From NCBI GenBank assembly GCA_039800705.1, contig JBDLQG010000001.1, positions 1 through 44,111 on the forward strand: a stretch of DNA of 44,111 bases. The letters run 5' to 3'. The stretch's first letter is position 1. Each line of letters starts with the position of its first letter. Position numbers and translations under genes: made by a program. The notes below the pieces were generated by a model, which was not told the DNA's origin, made no database searches, and saw only the letters and a list, made by a program, of their open reading frames with translations. Positions 23,408 to 31,972 of this stretch are shown piece after piece. The DNA is from Pseudomonadota bacterium. GTDB taxonomy: Bacteria > Pseudomonadota > Gammaproteobacteria > Methylococcales > Methylomonadaceae.

Positions 23408-25843
23408 ATGACTTTGCATTACTCAGTTTTAACGACTAGCACTAATCAGGCTAAAACCTTGTCGCTAGTTGACGGACAGATAGTTAAAGCGTCATTTGCT
23501 AACGCTACTAACGGGCGGTTTACTACGCATTCTGTCGAGTCACTACAAGAGTTTGCAGACGCACTTAATAAAATAACTGTCAAACAATCTATTATTTTAG
23601 GCTCTATTGTACGCTTAGATGGTACGGTGCTGGCAGTCGGGGAAAGGGTAGGTTTATGTATTAAAGGCAAAGAAACCGATAAATCGGTATCACGATCAAA
23701 AAAACACATTCAAAATTTAAACACCCCAGGTTTTATGCTGTTTGATGTGGACAGCAACACAGGCACATTAAGCGATTTAGTAGCGTTTATTCCTGAGTTT
23801 TCAGGGATTGGTGCTGTTATTAAGCCGTCAAGTTCTAGCCTAATTTATGACAAAAATGGTAATGAGTTAATTGGTGAAAAAGGCAAGCATATTTACATAC
23901 CCGTTAAGAGTATGGCGGATGTGCCAAGAATAGCGTCTATTTTATGGGCGCGGATGTGGATAGCTGGACACGGGTATCATTTGATTAGTGCAGGTGTTCA
24001 TCCTGCGTTATTAGAACGCGGATTGTTTGATTTGTCGGTGTTGGGTAAGTCTGAACGCTTGGCATTTGAAGCAAAACCGATTTTAAACGATGGGTTAATG
24101 CAAAAGTACAACCATGCAACTGTTGTTGATGGTGATGTGCTAGACACGTCAATTATCAAGGATTTAACGCCAGAAGAGATAAACGCGGCAAAACAGGCTA
24201 TTCGCGAATCGGCTTTAAAATTACGTCCTGAATTTGAGCAAGTTACCGAGGTTAAAAAGCGCGAATTTATAGCGACTGGCAAGACTGAAAAAGACTGGCA
24301 AGCGTTAGGACGTGGCGAATTAATGCCAGATTATCAGGTGATAACAATTAATGGCGTTATTACCGTTGGTGATTTGAATAAATCTCATGATGGTTTAACT
24401 ATGGCTGATCCTAACGAGCCAACTTATGACGGCGGTAGTTTAACCAAGGCTAAATTTTACTGGAATGATGGGAATCCTAAGATTAACAGCCAGGCTCACG
24501 GCGGGTGCGTTTACACGATTCTAAAAAAAACTGTGCAGGTTTACGATGAATTTATAGACCGTGATTGTTACCAGCTCAATACTGCTTTACCGCCGTCTGT
24601 TTTCCCCGATGTTTTGTATGATGAAAAAGGAAAGATAAAAACCATCATGCCTACTAAAAGCAATTTGCAAGTATTGCTTAATGCTTATGGTGTGTCTGTT
24701 ATCTATGACGAGGCTATCAAAAGTCAGCAAATTATATTTGATAGCCGACACACAATTACCCACGATTTACACAATGAAATGTGTTTACAACAGCTTTATG
24801 ATTTAGCCGCGTTAAATCGAATAGACGCGCGGATTATTGAGCGATTGCCGATAATTTTAACTGAGAACACTATAAACCCTGTTAAGGATTGGATTAATTC
24901 TAAAAAATGGGATGGTCAAGACAGGATAAAAGCATTGTGCAACAGTTTAGTCGTATCACCTGATGACCGCTCTTTATCTTGCAACATTATCAGGACTTGG
25001 TTAATCCAGTGCGTAGCCGCGTTAGATAAGGGGATTATTGGATGCCGATTAAATCCTAATGCCCGTGCTAAGTATGAATTGATTTTAGTGTTGCAAGGCG
25101 ATCAAGGGCATAAAAAAACAACTTGGTTTACCAAACTGCTACCCGATAAAGTAAACGGGCAAAACTTTAGTAATCGTTACATTAAAGACGGCTCTAATTT
25201 GTCACTGGATAACAAGGATTCGATTAAGCAGAATATTTCATGCTGGATTAATGAGTTAGGCGAACTGGACGCAACATTTAAGAAGTCCGACATAGCGGCA
25301 TTAAAAGCGTTTTGCTCTAATCAAAAAGACGTTTTAAGGTTGCCATACGCCCGCGCTGAATGTAGTTTTTTACGATCAACGTCATTTTGTGCCAGTGTGA
25401 ATGAAGAGGCTTTTTTAAACGATGCGACAGGCTCACGGCGGTTTGGTGTTATCAGGGTGTTGTCGATATTGGAGCATGATATTGATATGCAGCAATTATG
25501 GGCACAGGTTAGAGATTTATATGTGTCTGGTGTGCAATGGTGGCTTGATAAAGATACTGAATCAGCTATGCAGGAACGCAACAAAAGTCATACTGCTTTA
25601 GTGCCAATTGAAGAGGCTATTTTATCCAAGTTTGATTGGGATAAGCCGTTATCACTTTGGCAAAACAGAATGACATTTACCGATGTGTATCAGCATTGTT
25701 TTGATAAAAAGCCTAACAAGATGGATTTAAACGCTATCAAGCCATTTTTATTAAAACTTGGAGTGCAAATAATCAAGCCTAAAAACGTACAGACCGCGCT
25801 AATGCCATCATTTAAAAGCAGTTTTTACGATGATGATGATTGA
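23408..25843 (+). CDS. replication protein: primase/helicase with VirE-type NTPase domain
   Basis: 811 aa. VLQGDQGHKKTTWF (Walker A-like), WINELGELD (Walker B-like), LRLPYARAE...ATGSRRFGVI. The iteron origin lies immediately downstream. Confidence 0.8.
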   Translation: MTLHYSVLTTSTNQAKTLSLVDGQIVKASFANATNGRFTTHSVESLQEFADALNKITVKQSIILGSIVRLDGTVLAVGERVGLCIKGKETDKSVSRSKKHIQNLNTPGFMLFDVDSNTGTLSDLVAFIPEFSGIGAVIKPSSSSLIYDKNGNELIGEKGKHIYIPVKSMADVPRIASILWARMWIAGHGYHLISAGVHPALLERGLFDLSVLGKSERLAFEAKPILNDGLMQKYNHATVVDGDVLDTSIIKDLTPEEINAAKQAIRESALKLRPEFEQVTEVKKREFIATGKTEKDWQALGRGELMPDYQVITINGVITVGDLNKSHDGLTMADPNEPTYDGGSLTKAKFYWNDGNPKINSQAHGGCVYTILKKTVQVYDEFIDRDCYQLNTALPPSVFPDVLYDEKGKIKTIMPTKSNLQVLLNAYGVSVIYDEAIKSQQIIFDSRHTITHDLHNEMCLQQLYDLAALNRIDARIIERLPIILTENTINPVKDWINSKKWDGQDRIKALCNSLVVSPDDRSLSCNIIRTWLIQCVAALDKGIIGCRLNPNARAKYELILVLQGDQGHKKTTWFTKLLPDKVNGQNFSNRYIKDGSNLSLDNKDSIKQNISCWINELGELDATFKKSDIAALKAFCSNQKDVLRLPYARAECSFLRSTSFCASVNEEAFLNDATGSRRFGVIRVLSILEHDIDMQQLWAQVRDLYVSGVQWWLDKDTESAMQERNKSHTALVPIEEAILSKFDWDKPLSLWQNRMTFTDVYQHCFDKKPNKMDLNAIKPFLLKLGVQIIKPKNVQTALMPSFKSSFYDDDD

Positions 25844-25855
25844 TTTTGCTATTTT

Positions 25856-26177
25856 GGGTTATCTTCTATGGTAGATGATAACCCATGATAACCCAGAAGA
25901 TAACCTAACGTAAGTTATTGATTTTTAAATGATTTATTTCTCTATTTATAACTAAAGTTATCTTGTTATCAACTATTTTATAAAAATAGATAGAGAATAA
26001 GATAACAAAAATAGAAAATAAAAAATAAATTTTTTTCTGTAAATGTTTGAAATAGATGATAACCCGCATAGATGATAACCCAAACCTACTTGAATCCGCG
26101 CGGCTGTAAGGCTGAGCATGGGTTATCATGTAGATAACCTAGATAACCTAAGTAAAATAAAATTGAGTAGATAACCC
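25856..26177. repeat. origin of replication: iterons (A)GATAACC(C/T) flanking an A/T-rich core
   Basis: 10 copies of GATAACC in both orientations: 25856-64 rev, 25877-84, 25887-94, 25899-905, 26058-65, 26074-81, 26120-27 rev, 26133-39, 26142-48, 26170-77. Three share the 12-mer AGATGATAACCC. Three more GATAAC cores occur in the A/T-rich centre. Confidence 0.75.
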
Positions 26178-26178
26178 A

Positions 26179-26397
26179 ATGAACACTTGCAAACACTTCA
26201 AACCAGACCATTTAACCGACAAAGACAATCACGGGCGTTGTCAGTTAGTCGAGGATTACATCAAACGCGGTGCAACAACTGAGCAAGTGGTAACGGTAAT
26301 ACATGAAAAGCTAAATGGAGCTACGAGAATGCCAACAGGTGCGTTTTTATTCACTGGGTGCGATAGTGATAAGGGTTGTGAGCGTTTCGAGGCTTAA
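26179..26397 (+). CDS. hypothetical Cys-containing protein
   Basis: 72 aa with ATG 2 nt after the last iteron. Confidence 0.6.
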   Translation: MNTCKHFKPDHLTDKDNHGRCQLVEDYIKRGATTEQVVTVIHEKLNGATRMPTGAFLFTGCDSDKGCERFEA

Positions 26398-26436
26398 AAC
26401 TGATTTATGGCGGTAATGGTTATTTAAAATATTTTG

Positions 26437-26488
26437 TTGCAATTAAATATTGCAAGGTGTAAGATTATCACCAGTGCAATGTTGCACT
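26437..26488 (+). promoter_or_regulatory. promoter TTGCAA-17-TAAGAT overlapped by two TTGCA-type palindromes
   Basis: TTGCAAT-TAAAT-ATTGCAA (26437-26455) and AGTGCAA-TG-TTGCACT (26473-26488). Confidence 0.5.
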
Positions 26489-26507
26489 GAATAAATTGGA
26501 AATAGCT

Positions 26508-26852
26508 ATGGATAATTTAGATGATGTTATTGGAGAATTTGATGCTGGTATTTTTTCAGCAAAAGTTCTCGCGGCAATGTCGCAAGTCGCATTAGGTGCA
26601 GTTGAGTGTGGCAAAAAAGGCAAGGTAACAATCGAATTTGTGTTTGATGCAAAACTTGCTAGTACAGGCGTTAATATTCAGCATACGCTGAAATACGCTA
26701 AGCCCACCAACAACGGCGATAGTAGCGAAAAAAGTACCACATCAACCTATATGTATGTGGGCAAAAGAGGCGTTCTTACAATCAGCCCCGAGCAACAGGA
26801 TGATGTGTTTTCAAAGGACGGTAACGTAACAAAACTTAAAGGCTTAAATTAA
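26508..26852 (+). CDS. hypothetical protein, 114 aa
   Basis: ATG at 26508 (the track start at 26496 is TTG), coupled to the next gene. Confidence 0.65.
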   Translation: MDNLDDVIGEFDAGIFSAKVLAAMSQVALGAVECGKKGKVTIEFVFDAKLASTGVNIQHTLKYAKPTNNGDSSEKSTTSTYMYVGKRGVLTISPEQQDDVFSKDGNVTKLKGLN

Positions 26853-27664
26853 TGAGCGAACAACAATCACAAATTGCCGAAACTGTAAAACAAGCATTAG
26901 CGGCTACTCAACGATTGCCAAATGATGCTGCCATTATTCCTGATGGTTACAAGCTGGAAAATTTAGAGCGGTTTTACGATCATCCAAACCTGTTTAAAGG
27001 TACATTTTCAACGACAATCCTGTCTGAATTTGCGGATTATGTCTCAAAACATGGTAACGAAGGCAGTGCCGTTTTTATCGATAATGAAAGAATAAAAGCA
27101 TTAGCAATTATCGATATGGGTAGTCATGACGCGCCACAATGGGGCAAGCATCGTGCTGAAATTGAATTGTTAAAAACACCTGCTTATGCCGCGTTGTTGA
27201 AATTCAATAATCAACAACTTGACCAACAGGGATTTATTGATTTTGTCGAAGATTGGCGCGAAAACATCACGTTTATTTTTGATGATAATAGCGAGCAATC
27301 AGTCGAAAAAGTCGTAAAGTCGCTGCGCAAGGTCAAAGTTGGATTTAACGCTACTAAAGAGCAGGAGGTACAAGCAAGCAGTTCGAGCCGTTCCTTGTTG
27401 GAAAGTGTTGAAATTAAAGCGGGTAACGAACCGTTGCCGATTGGGTTTGTGTTTTCCACATTAGCTTATGATGGTATCGAAACCGCGTATTTCAATTGTC
27501 CGTTGCGTGTTACCAGCGATGAAAAAGCGGTGCGTTTTAAGTTTCGCATAGGTCAACTGGACGCTATTAACGAGCGTATCAGTATCGAGTTTAAAAACGC
27601 GATTGCCGAAAGTTTTGATGAGACAAATATACCGATACACATCGGCAAAATGTCGTATCAGTAA
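26852..27664 (+). CDS. DUF2303/YfdQ-like protein (by eye)
   Basis: 270 aa. IIPDGYKLENLERF...FKGTFST...FADYV...WGKHRAEIEL resembles that prophage family. Confidence 0.5.
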   Translation: MSEQQSQIAETVKQALAATQRLPNDAAIIPDGYKLENLERFYDHPNLFKGTFSTTILSEFADYVSKHGNEGSAVFIDNERIKALAIIDMGSHDAPQWGKHRAEIELLKTPAYAALLKFNNQQLDQQGFIDFVEDWRENITFIFDDNSEQSVEKVVKSLRKVKVGFNATKEQEVQASSSSRSLLESVEIKAGNEPLPIGFVFSTLAYDGIETAYFNCPLRVTSDEKAVRFKFRIGQLDAINERISIEFKNAIAESFDETNIPIHIGKMSYQ

Positions 27665-27679
27665 GCAGTCACAAATTGA

Positions 27680-27705
27680 TTAAGCCAGCGTAAAAAGCTG
27701 GCTTA
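27680..27705 (+). terminator. 10-bp hairpin TTAAGCCAGC-GTAAAA-GCTGGCTTAA
   Basis: Read directly. No immediate U-tract, so terminator function is uncertain. Confidence 0.4.
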
Positions 27706-27764
27706 ACGAAACGTATTGCTTAAAAAAGTTTGGTTTTTTTTTGATAATAAAAACAGGTAAAAAA

Positions 27765-27848
27765 ATGAAAACAGAACACGAAACAACTGAATACGAAAAA
27801 CAACTCGCTGATGAATGGGTAGCCACACTAGAAGAGCGTCCTAAATGA
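27765..27848 (+). CDS. possible 27-aa acidic ORF (not in track)
   Basis: MKTEHETTEYEKQLADEWVATLEERPK, ATGA overlap with the 27845 start. Confidence 0.35.
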   Translation: MKTEHETTEYEKQLADEWVATLEERPK

Positions 27849-28288
27849 CCGACATAAAAACAACAACAGTACGCGCTTACGTTAAGCGGGTATCAGAGCG
27901 GTATAAACTGCCGCGTACCGTAAAGCCTAAAGATGACAATCGGACAACGCAAGCAATAAACGTTGTTATCCCTGTTGAGCTGCACGCAGCAATGACTGAA
28001 CATCGGCAGCGAGTAGGTATGACACAATCGCAATTTGTTGAACTGGCATTAAATCAATTGATTAACATGCCTTTAACAGCTCAGCAGTGGTGGGATTATG
28101 CACCGTGGGAACCGATGGAAACCGCGCCGCGCGATGGAAGTTATTTTTGTGCACCCACTGAAAATGGGCTATTAGATAGTGCTAAATATACTACTCATGT
28201 GCGGTTTAGTAATAATGGCGGATTTGTTAAAGAAAATGGTGATGTAATTAGATTTACAAAATGGCTGGAATTGCCAGGTGATATATGA
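27845..28288 (+). CDS. RHH-like N-terminus fused to DUF551-like C-terminus
   Basis: INVVIPVELHAAMTEHRQRVGMTQSQFVELAL, then WEPMETAPRDG...FTKWLELP. Confidence 0.6.
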   Translation: MTDIKTTTVRAYVKRVSERYKLPRTVKPKDDNRTTQAINVVIPVELHAAMTEHRQRVGMTQSQFVELALNQLINMPLTAQQWWDYAPWEPMETAPRDGSYFCAPTENGLLDSAKYTTHVRFSNNGGFVKENGDVIRFTKWLELPGDI

Positions 28289-28731
28289 ACGCAGAATTAA
28301 AAGAAGCACAAGAGCAGTTAATCGCATTAATTGCAGAAAGGGAACATATAGAAAAAACAATACCTGAACTTGAAAAACAATTAACTAAGCTAAAACAACG
28401 TATTAGCGATTTAAACCCATCAATATCGCGAAAACACGAAAAAGGCTTGATAAAAAAAACCGAATTACAAGTTTTAGAGCTTAGTAGCCCTGTTTTTTAT
28501 GATTTATGCAGTTTGCAAAATCAATTAAACCCATTGATTTATCGGATTATTGATGTTACCGACAAATGGATAATTATCAAACGTGATGGTGAATGGCAAG
28601 ATAACACAACAGAATACAACGTAAAAAACGGGCGTATAAAAGGGGCCCGTAGTTCAGAGGGTGCAATTGATGTTGTTAAAGCCTTAGCAGTGTGGGAGCA
28701 GCATAAAGCAAGTAATGGCGGTGATGTATGA
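28285..28731 (+). CDS. hypothetical protein with N-terminal coiled coil
   Basis: 148 aa, ATGA coupling. Confidence 0.65.
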   Translation: MNAELKEAQEQLIALIAEREHIEKTIPELEKQLTKLKQRISDLNPSISRKHEKGLIKKTELQVLELSSPVFYDLCSLQNQLNPLIYRIIDVTDKWIIIKRDGEWQDNTTEYNVKNGRIKGARSSEGAIDVVKALAVWEQHKASNGGDV

Positions 28732-29288
28732 TTCAAACGCATACCACACACAGCGGTAAATTAATTCATGTTGGCACAGTCGGTCATTATGCAACTGTGT
28801 TTGAGCGTGTAAAAGTTAAAGCGCCTAAAACCTCATACTTTTTTGACGATTACGATAAAGAAGTAAAAATGTGTGAATTTTGCGGTGTTGTTGCGTTAAA
28901 ACGTGGCCAGCAAAAATATTGCTGCCAGAAGTGCAAAAGTGCAGGCTATGTGCGTGAACATTCAGTAAATGAAAAAGTGTGCAAGCAATGCGGCAAGCAT
29001 TTTGTGTCACGATCACCGATTGCTAAGTTTTGTAGCAATCAATGCTCAGCGGATTCAAGAAAAGTGGCTACTCAACAGTGCAAACAATGCGGCAAGATGT
29101 TTGCTCCGAGGAAGCAAAGCAGTAGATTGTGTAGCGTGGCGTGTTTAGCGGCGTACAGAACTAAACCTAAACAACCTAAACCGTGCCCTGTTTGCCACAA
29201 TAACTTTATACCAGTGAATAAATGGCAGCAGACCTGCGGGTTTAGTTGTGGTGGTAAATTGAGATTTGTTAGAGATAAGGAACGATGA
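28728..29288 (+). CDS. protein made of four tandem zinc-ribbon repeats
   Basis: Four units of CxxCGxxF...(F/L)CSxxC, for example CKQCGKHFVSRSPIAKFCSNQC and CKQCGKMFAPRKQSSRLCSVAC. Confidence 0.7.
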   Translation: MIQTHTTHSGKLIHVGTVGHYATVFERVKVKAPKTSYFFDDYDKEVKMCEFCGVVALKRGQQKYCCQKCKSAGYVREHSVNEKVCKQCGKHFVSRSPIAKFCSNQCSADSRKVATQQCKQCGKMFAPRKQSSRLCSVACLAAYRTKPKQPKPCPVCHNNFIPVNKWQQTCGFSCGGKLRFVRDKER

Positions 29289-29398
29289 TGAGCGCATTAT
29301 TAAAATGCAATGTCTGTAAGCGTGTTTTTAAACCTTATAACAATGTTATAAATCCAAAAATATGCGTTTGTTTTGTTTGTCGTAAAATTAAAAAGTGA
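29285..29398 (+). CDS. 37-aa zinc-ribbon peptide (not in track)
   Basis: MMSALLKCNVCKRVFKPYNNVINPKICVCFVCRKIKK, ATGA overlap with the upstream stop. Confidence 0.45.
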   Translation: MMSALLKCNVCKRVFKPYNNVINPKICVCFVCRKIKK

Positions 29399-29406
29399 GT
29401 ATCAAA

Positions 29407-29670
29407 ATGGCAACATTAGTTAAAAAACCTTTTCAATATCCTTGCGAAGGAGCGCGGTATTTTACTAAAAAACATGGTTATCAAATTGGTGTTTTAAATC
29501 CTTTTTTTGATTTATTGGTTGGCAATAATGATGAAGTAAGAACAGACGCAGAAACAATTAATTTCAGTGGTAGATGGGATTATAACGGTGTTTTTTTTGG
29601 TAATAACGGCATCAAAAACCATGATTTTGATTTAGTTATGTTTGTTTGGAGCGATGATGATAATAACTAA
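29407..29670 (+). CDS. hypothetical protein
   Basis: ATG at 29407 (the track start at 29395 is GTG). Confidence 0.6.
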   Translation: MATLVKKPFQYPCEGARYFTKKHGYQIGVLNPFFDLLVGNNDEVRTDAETINFSGRWDYNGVFFGNNGIKNHDFDLVMFVWSDDDNN

Positions 29671-29697
29671 AGAATGGGCAATGACAGAGGAGAAATT

Positions 29698-29982
29698 ATG
29701 TCTTTTGTAAGATTTGTTATATTACCCGATGATAGAGCTTTAATAATCGGGGTAGCTAAACAGTGCGATTTTTTAAAGCAAGGTGTGATTTATGAAATTG
29801 ATTGCGTGTTAGGCGAAATATTAGTGCGAGAATTAGAAGAGACTAATTTGCCTAAAACTGGTACACCGAGTTTAAACTCTTCTCCTAATGACATCATAGC
29901 TTGTGGCGCGTTGCCAAGTCTTTTGGCTACAAAAGAAGAACTTAAGAACTTTTTAAATCTTTTAATTAAGTTGGTAATGTGA
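29698..29982 (+). CDS. hypothetical protein
   Basis: ATG at 29698 preceded by AGAGGAGAA. Confidence 0.6.
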   Translation: MSFVRFVILPDDRALIIGVAKQCDFLKQGVIYEIDCVLGEILVRELEETNLPKTGTPSLNSSPNDIIACGALPSLLATKEELKNFLNLLIKLVM

Positions 29983-30185
29983 TGATTAAAATACTAATAC
30001 CTGAGATGCGCCCTACGCTGTCAAAGCAAAAGATGTTAGCTTACGCCCACCACAACAAAATCGACTATGAAAACGTTGATACAGCGAGCGAGCAAATGAT
30101 TTTTGATTGGATTGCCGCGCGTAGTCGTATGACACAGCTAGAACTGTATAATGCAATAGCGGATTTTGAGGTGAAAAATGTTTAA
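29982..30185 (+). CDS. hypothetical protein
   Basis: TGATG coupling. Confidence 0.6.
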   Translation: MIKILIPEMRPTLSKQKMLAYAHHNKIDYENVDTASEQMIFDWIAARSRMTQLELYNAIADFEVKNV

Positions 30186-30396
30186 ATGGCTAAAATCACG
30201 GCTTAGCGTTTTTGCGTATAAAGTTTATATCAGAAACGGCAAAGTATTAAACAGGCCACACAGTGTAAGTTATGAGCGATTAGCGCATTTTCATTGTGGG
30301 GCGTGTCAGCGATGGTGGTCTATTGGAGACTGGCAAGAAACAGAACAATTGTGTTGTCCGCATTGTGGGCATAAATCAGAGGTGATAGAGCTATGA
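30178..30396 (+). CDS. small zinc-ribbon protein
   Basis: CGACQRWW...CCPHCGH. Confidence 0.6.
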   Translation: MFKWLKSRLSVFAYKVYIRNGKVLNRPHSVSYERLAHFHCGACQRWWSIGDWQETEQLCCPHCGHKSEVIEL

Positions 30397-30608
30397 GCAA
30401 ACAAAACACAACACTGGAATTAATTGAAAGTTTTAGTTATTACGCAACGGCAGCCGATGTTAATAAAGTCCGTCAATTGCAAGATGTGGCACGGGTGTTG
30501 TACTATGAAAACAAAAATTTGCTTGCTGAATTAAAGACGTTACGCGAATTAAATAAAACGTTGTTAGATGAGCAGGACATCGGGCGCTGTAATTTACTTG
30601 ATAAGTAA
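30393..30608 (+). CDS. hypothetical coiled-coil protein
   Basis: 71 aa, ATGA coupling. Confidence 0.6.
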   Translation: MSKQNTTLELIESFSYYATAADVNKVRQLQDVARVLYYENKNLLAELKTLRELNKTLLDEQDIGRCNLLDK

Positions 30609-30639
30609 AACATTTTTATGCTTTTTTTTGCGATAGTCG

Positions 30640-30645
30640 TATAAT
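30640..30645 (+). promoter_or_regulatory. -10 TATAAT upstream of the membrane-protein cassette
   Basis: Consensus -10 lies 32 nt before ATG 30678. The -35 is weak. Confidence 0.4.
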
Positions 30646-30677
30646 CAGTAAAATTCTTTTGATTTTAGGGTAGTTAA

Positions 30678-30878
30678 ATGCAAATCGAGGTTGATACAGC
30701 ATCAATTTTACAGTGGACAGGCACGGCCGTTGTAGGTATTTGCATTTTTGCGTTAAAAAGTATAGCGGCAAAGGTTGAGGCGGCTTTTAGGTTGCTTGAT
30801 AAGATCAATTTATGGCTGGTAAAAAATACCGCTTATCCGTCCGATGAAAAGGACAGTGACAGTGATGGTGATAGTTGA
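30678..30878 (+). CDS. holin-like small membrane protein (one TM, acidic C-tail)
   Basis: WTGTAVVGICIFALKSIAA TM and a ...DEKDSDSDGDS tail. Initiation region ATTTTAGGGTAGTTAAATG. Confidence 0.5.
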   Translation: MQIEVDTASILQWTGTAVVGICIFALKSIAAKVEAAFRLLDKINLWLVKNTAYPSDEKDSDSDGDS

Positions 30879-30991
30879 TGTTTTGGCAAGCGTTGAACGA
30901 TTATGCACTGCCAATACTGGCATTTTTTGGCATAATGGCAATTGGCTATGCTATTGGGCATATTTTAGGGCGTGATGATGATAACGATTAG
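30878..30991 (+). CDS. 37-aa membrane peptide (not in track)
   Basis: MFWQALNDYALPILAFFGIMAIGYAIGHILGRDDDND, TGATG coupling. Confidence 0.45.
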   Translation: MFWQALNDYALPILAFFGIMAIGYAIGHILGRDDDND

Positions 30992-31250
30992 CAACCAAGA
31001 TTGCCGTGAAGTTATAAATTTTGGAGAATTAATAAAAAAATCTGAAAGTTTTAAAAAAACTAATAGTTATTGGTATAAAGATGCCAAGTTTTTTCTTAGT
31101 ATTCACAACGTGATTTTTTTTGGTTATTTTGATGGGTTTAATTGTTTTCATGGGTGCAGCGCAGGCGAACTGTTAAGACACGGTGATAATGCTGTTACTT
31201 TAAACTTTAGATTATCAGCTAAAGAATTTAACATAAATAAATTTGTTTAA
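30972..31250 (+). CDS. hypothetical protein in very AT-rich segment
   Basis: 92-aa ORF with start GTG/ATG at 30972-30978. Confidence 0.45.
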   Translation: MMMITISNQDCREVINFGELIKKSESFKKTNSYWYKDAKFFLSIHNVIFFGYFDGFNCFHGCSAGELLRHGDNAVTLNFRLSAKEFNINKFV

Positions 31251-31254
31251 AATT

Positions 31255-31383
31255 ATGAAACCAAATTTTTTTTTAAGTTTATTTGATTTACTTAGTAATT
31301 TATTTATTAATTCGGTCATAATGTTAGCAATATGTTTTATTGGTCTTTTTTTTATATTAATTATTCCTATATTAAAAAAATAA
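31255..31383 (+). CDS. possible 42-aa hydrophobic peptide (not in track)
   Basis: MKPNFFLSLFDLLSNLFINSVIMLAICFIGLFFILIIPILKK, TAATG junction with the next gene. The extreme A/T content makes coding uncertain. Confidence 0.35.
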   Translation: MKPNFFLSLFDLLSNLFINSVIMLAICFIGLFFILIIPILKK

Positions 31384-31538
31384 TGCCCCCGATTAACTTA
31401 CTAAACTACAGCATACACCGTGACTGGTTTGATAATGGGCGATGGTTGAAAGTGCACAGCAAAGAAACCGCCACGAAAGCACGGACGTTTAGGGCCGTAA
31501 ATGTGGCAAAGATTAACGAGATTATGAGGGGTAGATAG
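31383..31538 (+). CDS. hypothetical basic protein, 51 aa
   Basis: ATG at 31383. The part upstream of the track start lies in the AT-rich stretch and competes with the 31255 ORF. Confidence 0.5.
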   Translation: MPPINLLNYSIHRDWFDNGRWLKVHSKETATKARTFRAVNVAKINEIMRGR

Positions 31539-31972
31539 TGGCAACGCTTACAGCAAAACAAGAAAGTTTTGCATTGGCAACAGTAAAAGGATACCCACCT
31601 TTAGAAGCCTATAAATTTGCTTATAACACTGAAAACATGAGTGATGCAGCATGTTCTGTTGAAGCGTCACGGCTGTTTCAAAACCCTATGGTAGCCCTAA
31701 GAATTGATGAGCTAAGAGAATTAATAGCTTTAAAGACTCTTTTTCCTTTGACTGAACGGCTAACTATCCTTAGAGACATAGCTCACGGTACTATTGAATC
31801 CAGGGCAAGCGAAAAAACAGGAGCGATAAAAGTTGCAACTGAAATTATTGGTGATAGTGCAGCAATACGGAAAACCATTGAGCTTGAACATAGCGGACAC
31901 ATCGAAACCACAAAACCCATCGAACAACTAACCGATGACGAACTCGCAAATATCGCCAGCGGCGGCAGCTAG
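31538..31972 (+). CDS. terS: terminase small subunit
   Basis: GTG start after GAGGGG. LTAKQESFALATVKGYPPLEAYKFAYN...ASRLFQNPMVALRIDELRE fits the Terminase_2 pattern. Confidence 0.75.
   Translation: MATLTAKQESFALATVKGYPPLEAYKFAYNTENMSDAACSVEASRLFQNPMVALRIDELRELIALKTLFPLTERLTILRDIAHGTIESRASEKTGAIKVATEIIGDSAAIRKTIELEHSGHIETTKPIEQLTDDELANIASGGS

Noticed and set aside
25905-26129. 74-aa - strand ORF in the ORF track
   Set aside because: It lies entirely in the iteron and A/T-rich origin region. It has low-complexity A/T-driven codons and no RBS, and is best explained as non-coding origin DNA.
25856-26177. Possible CRISPR-like array
   Set aside because: The repeats are only 7-12 bp, occur in both orientations and have irregular short spacing. 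This is the iteron architecture of an origin, not repeat-spacer units. No CRISPR-like 25-40-bp repeats were seen anywhere.
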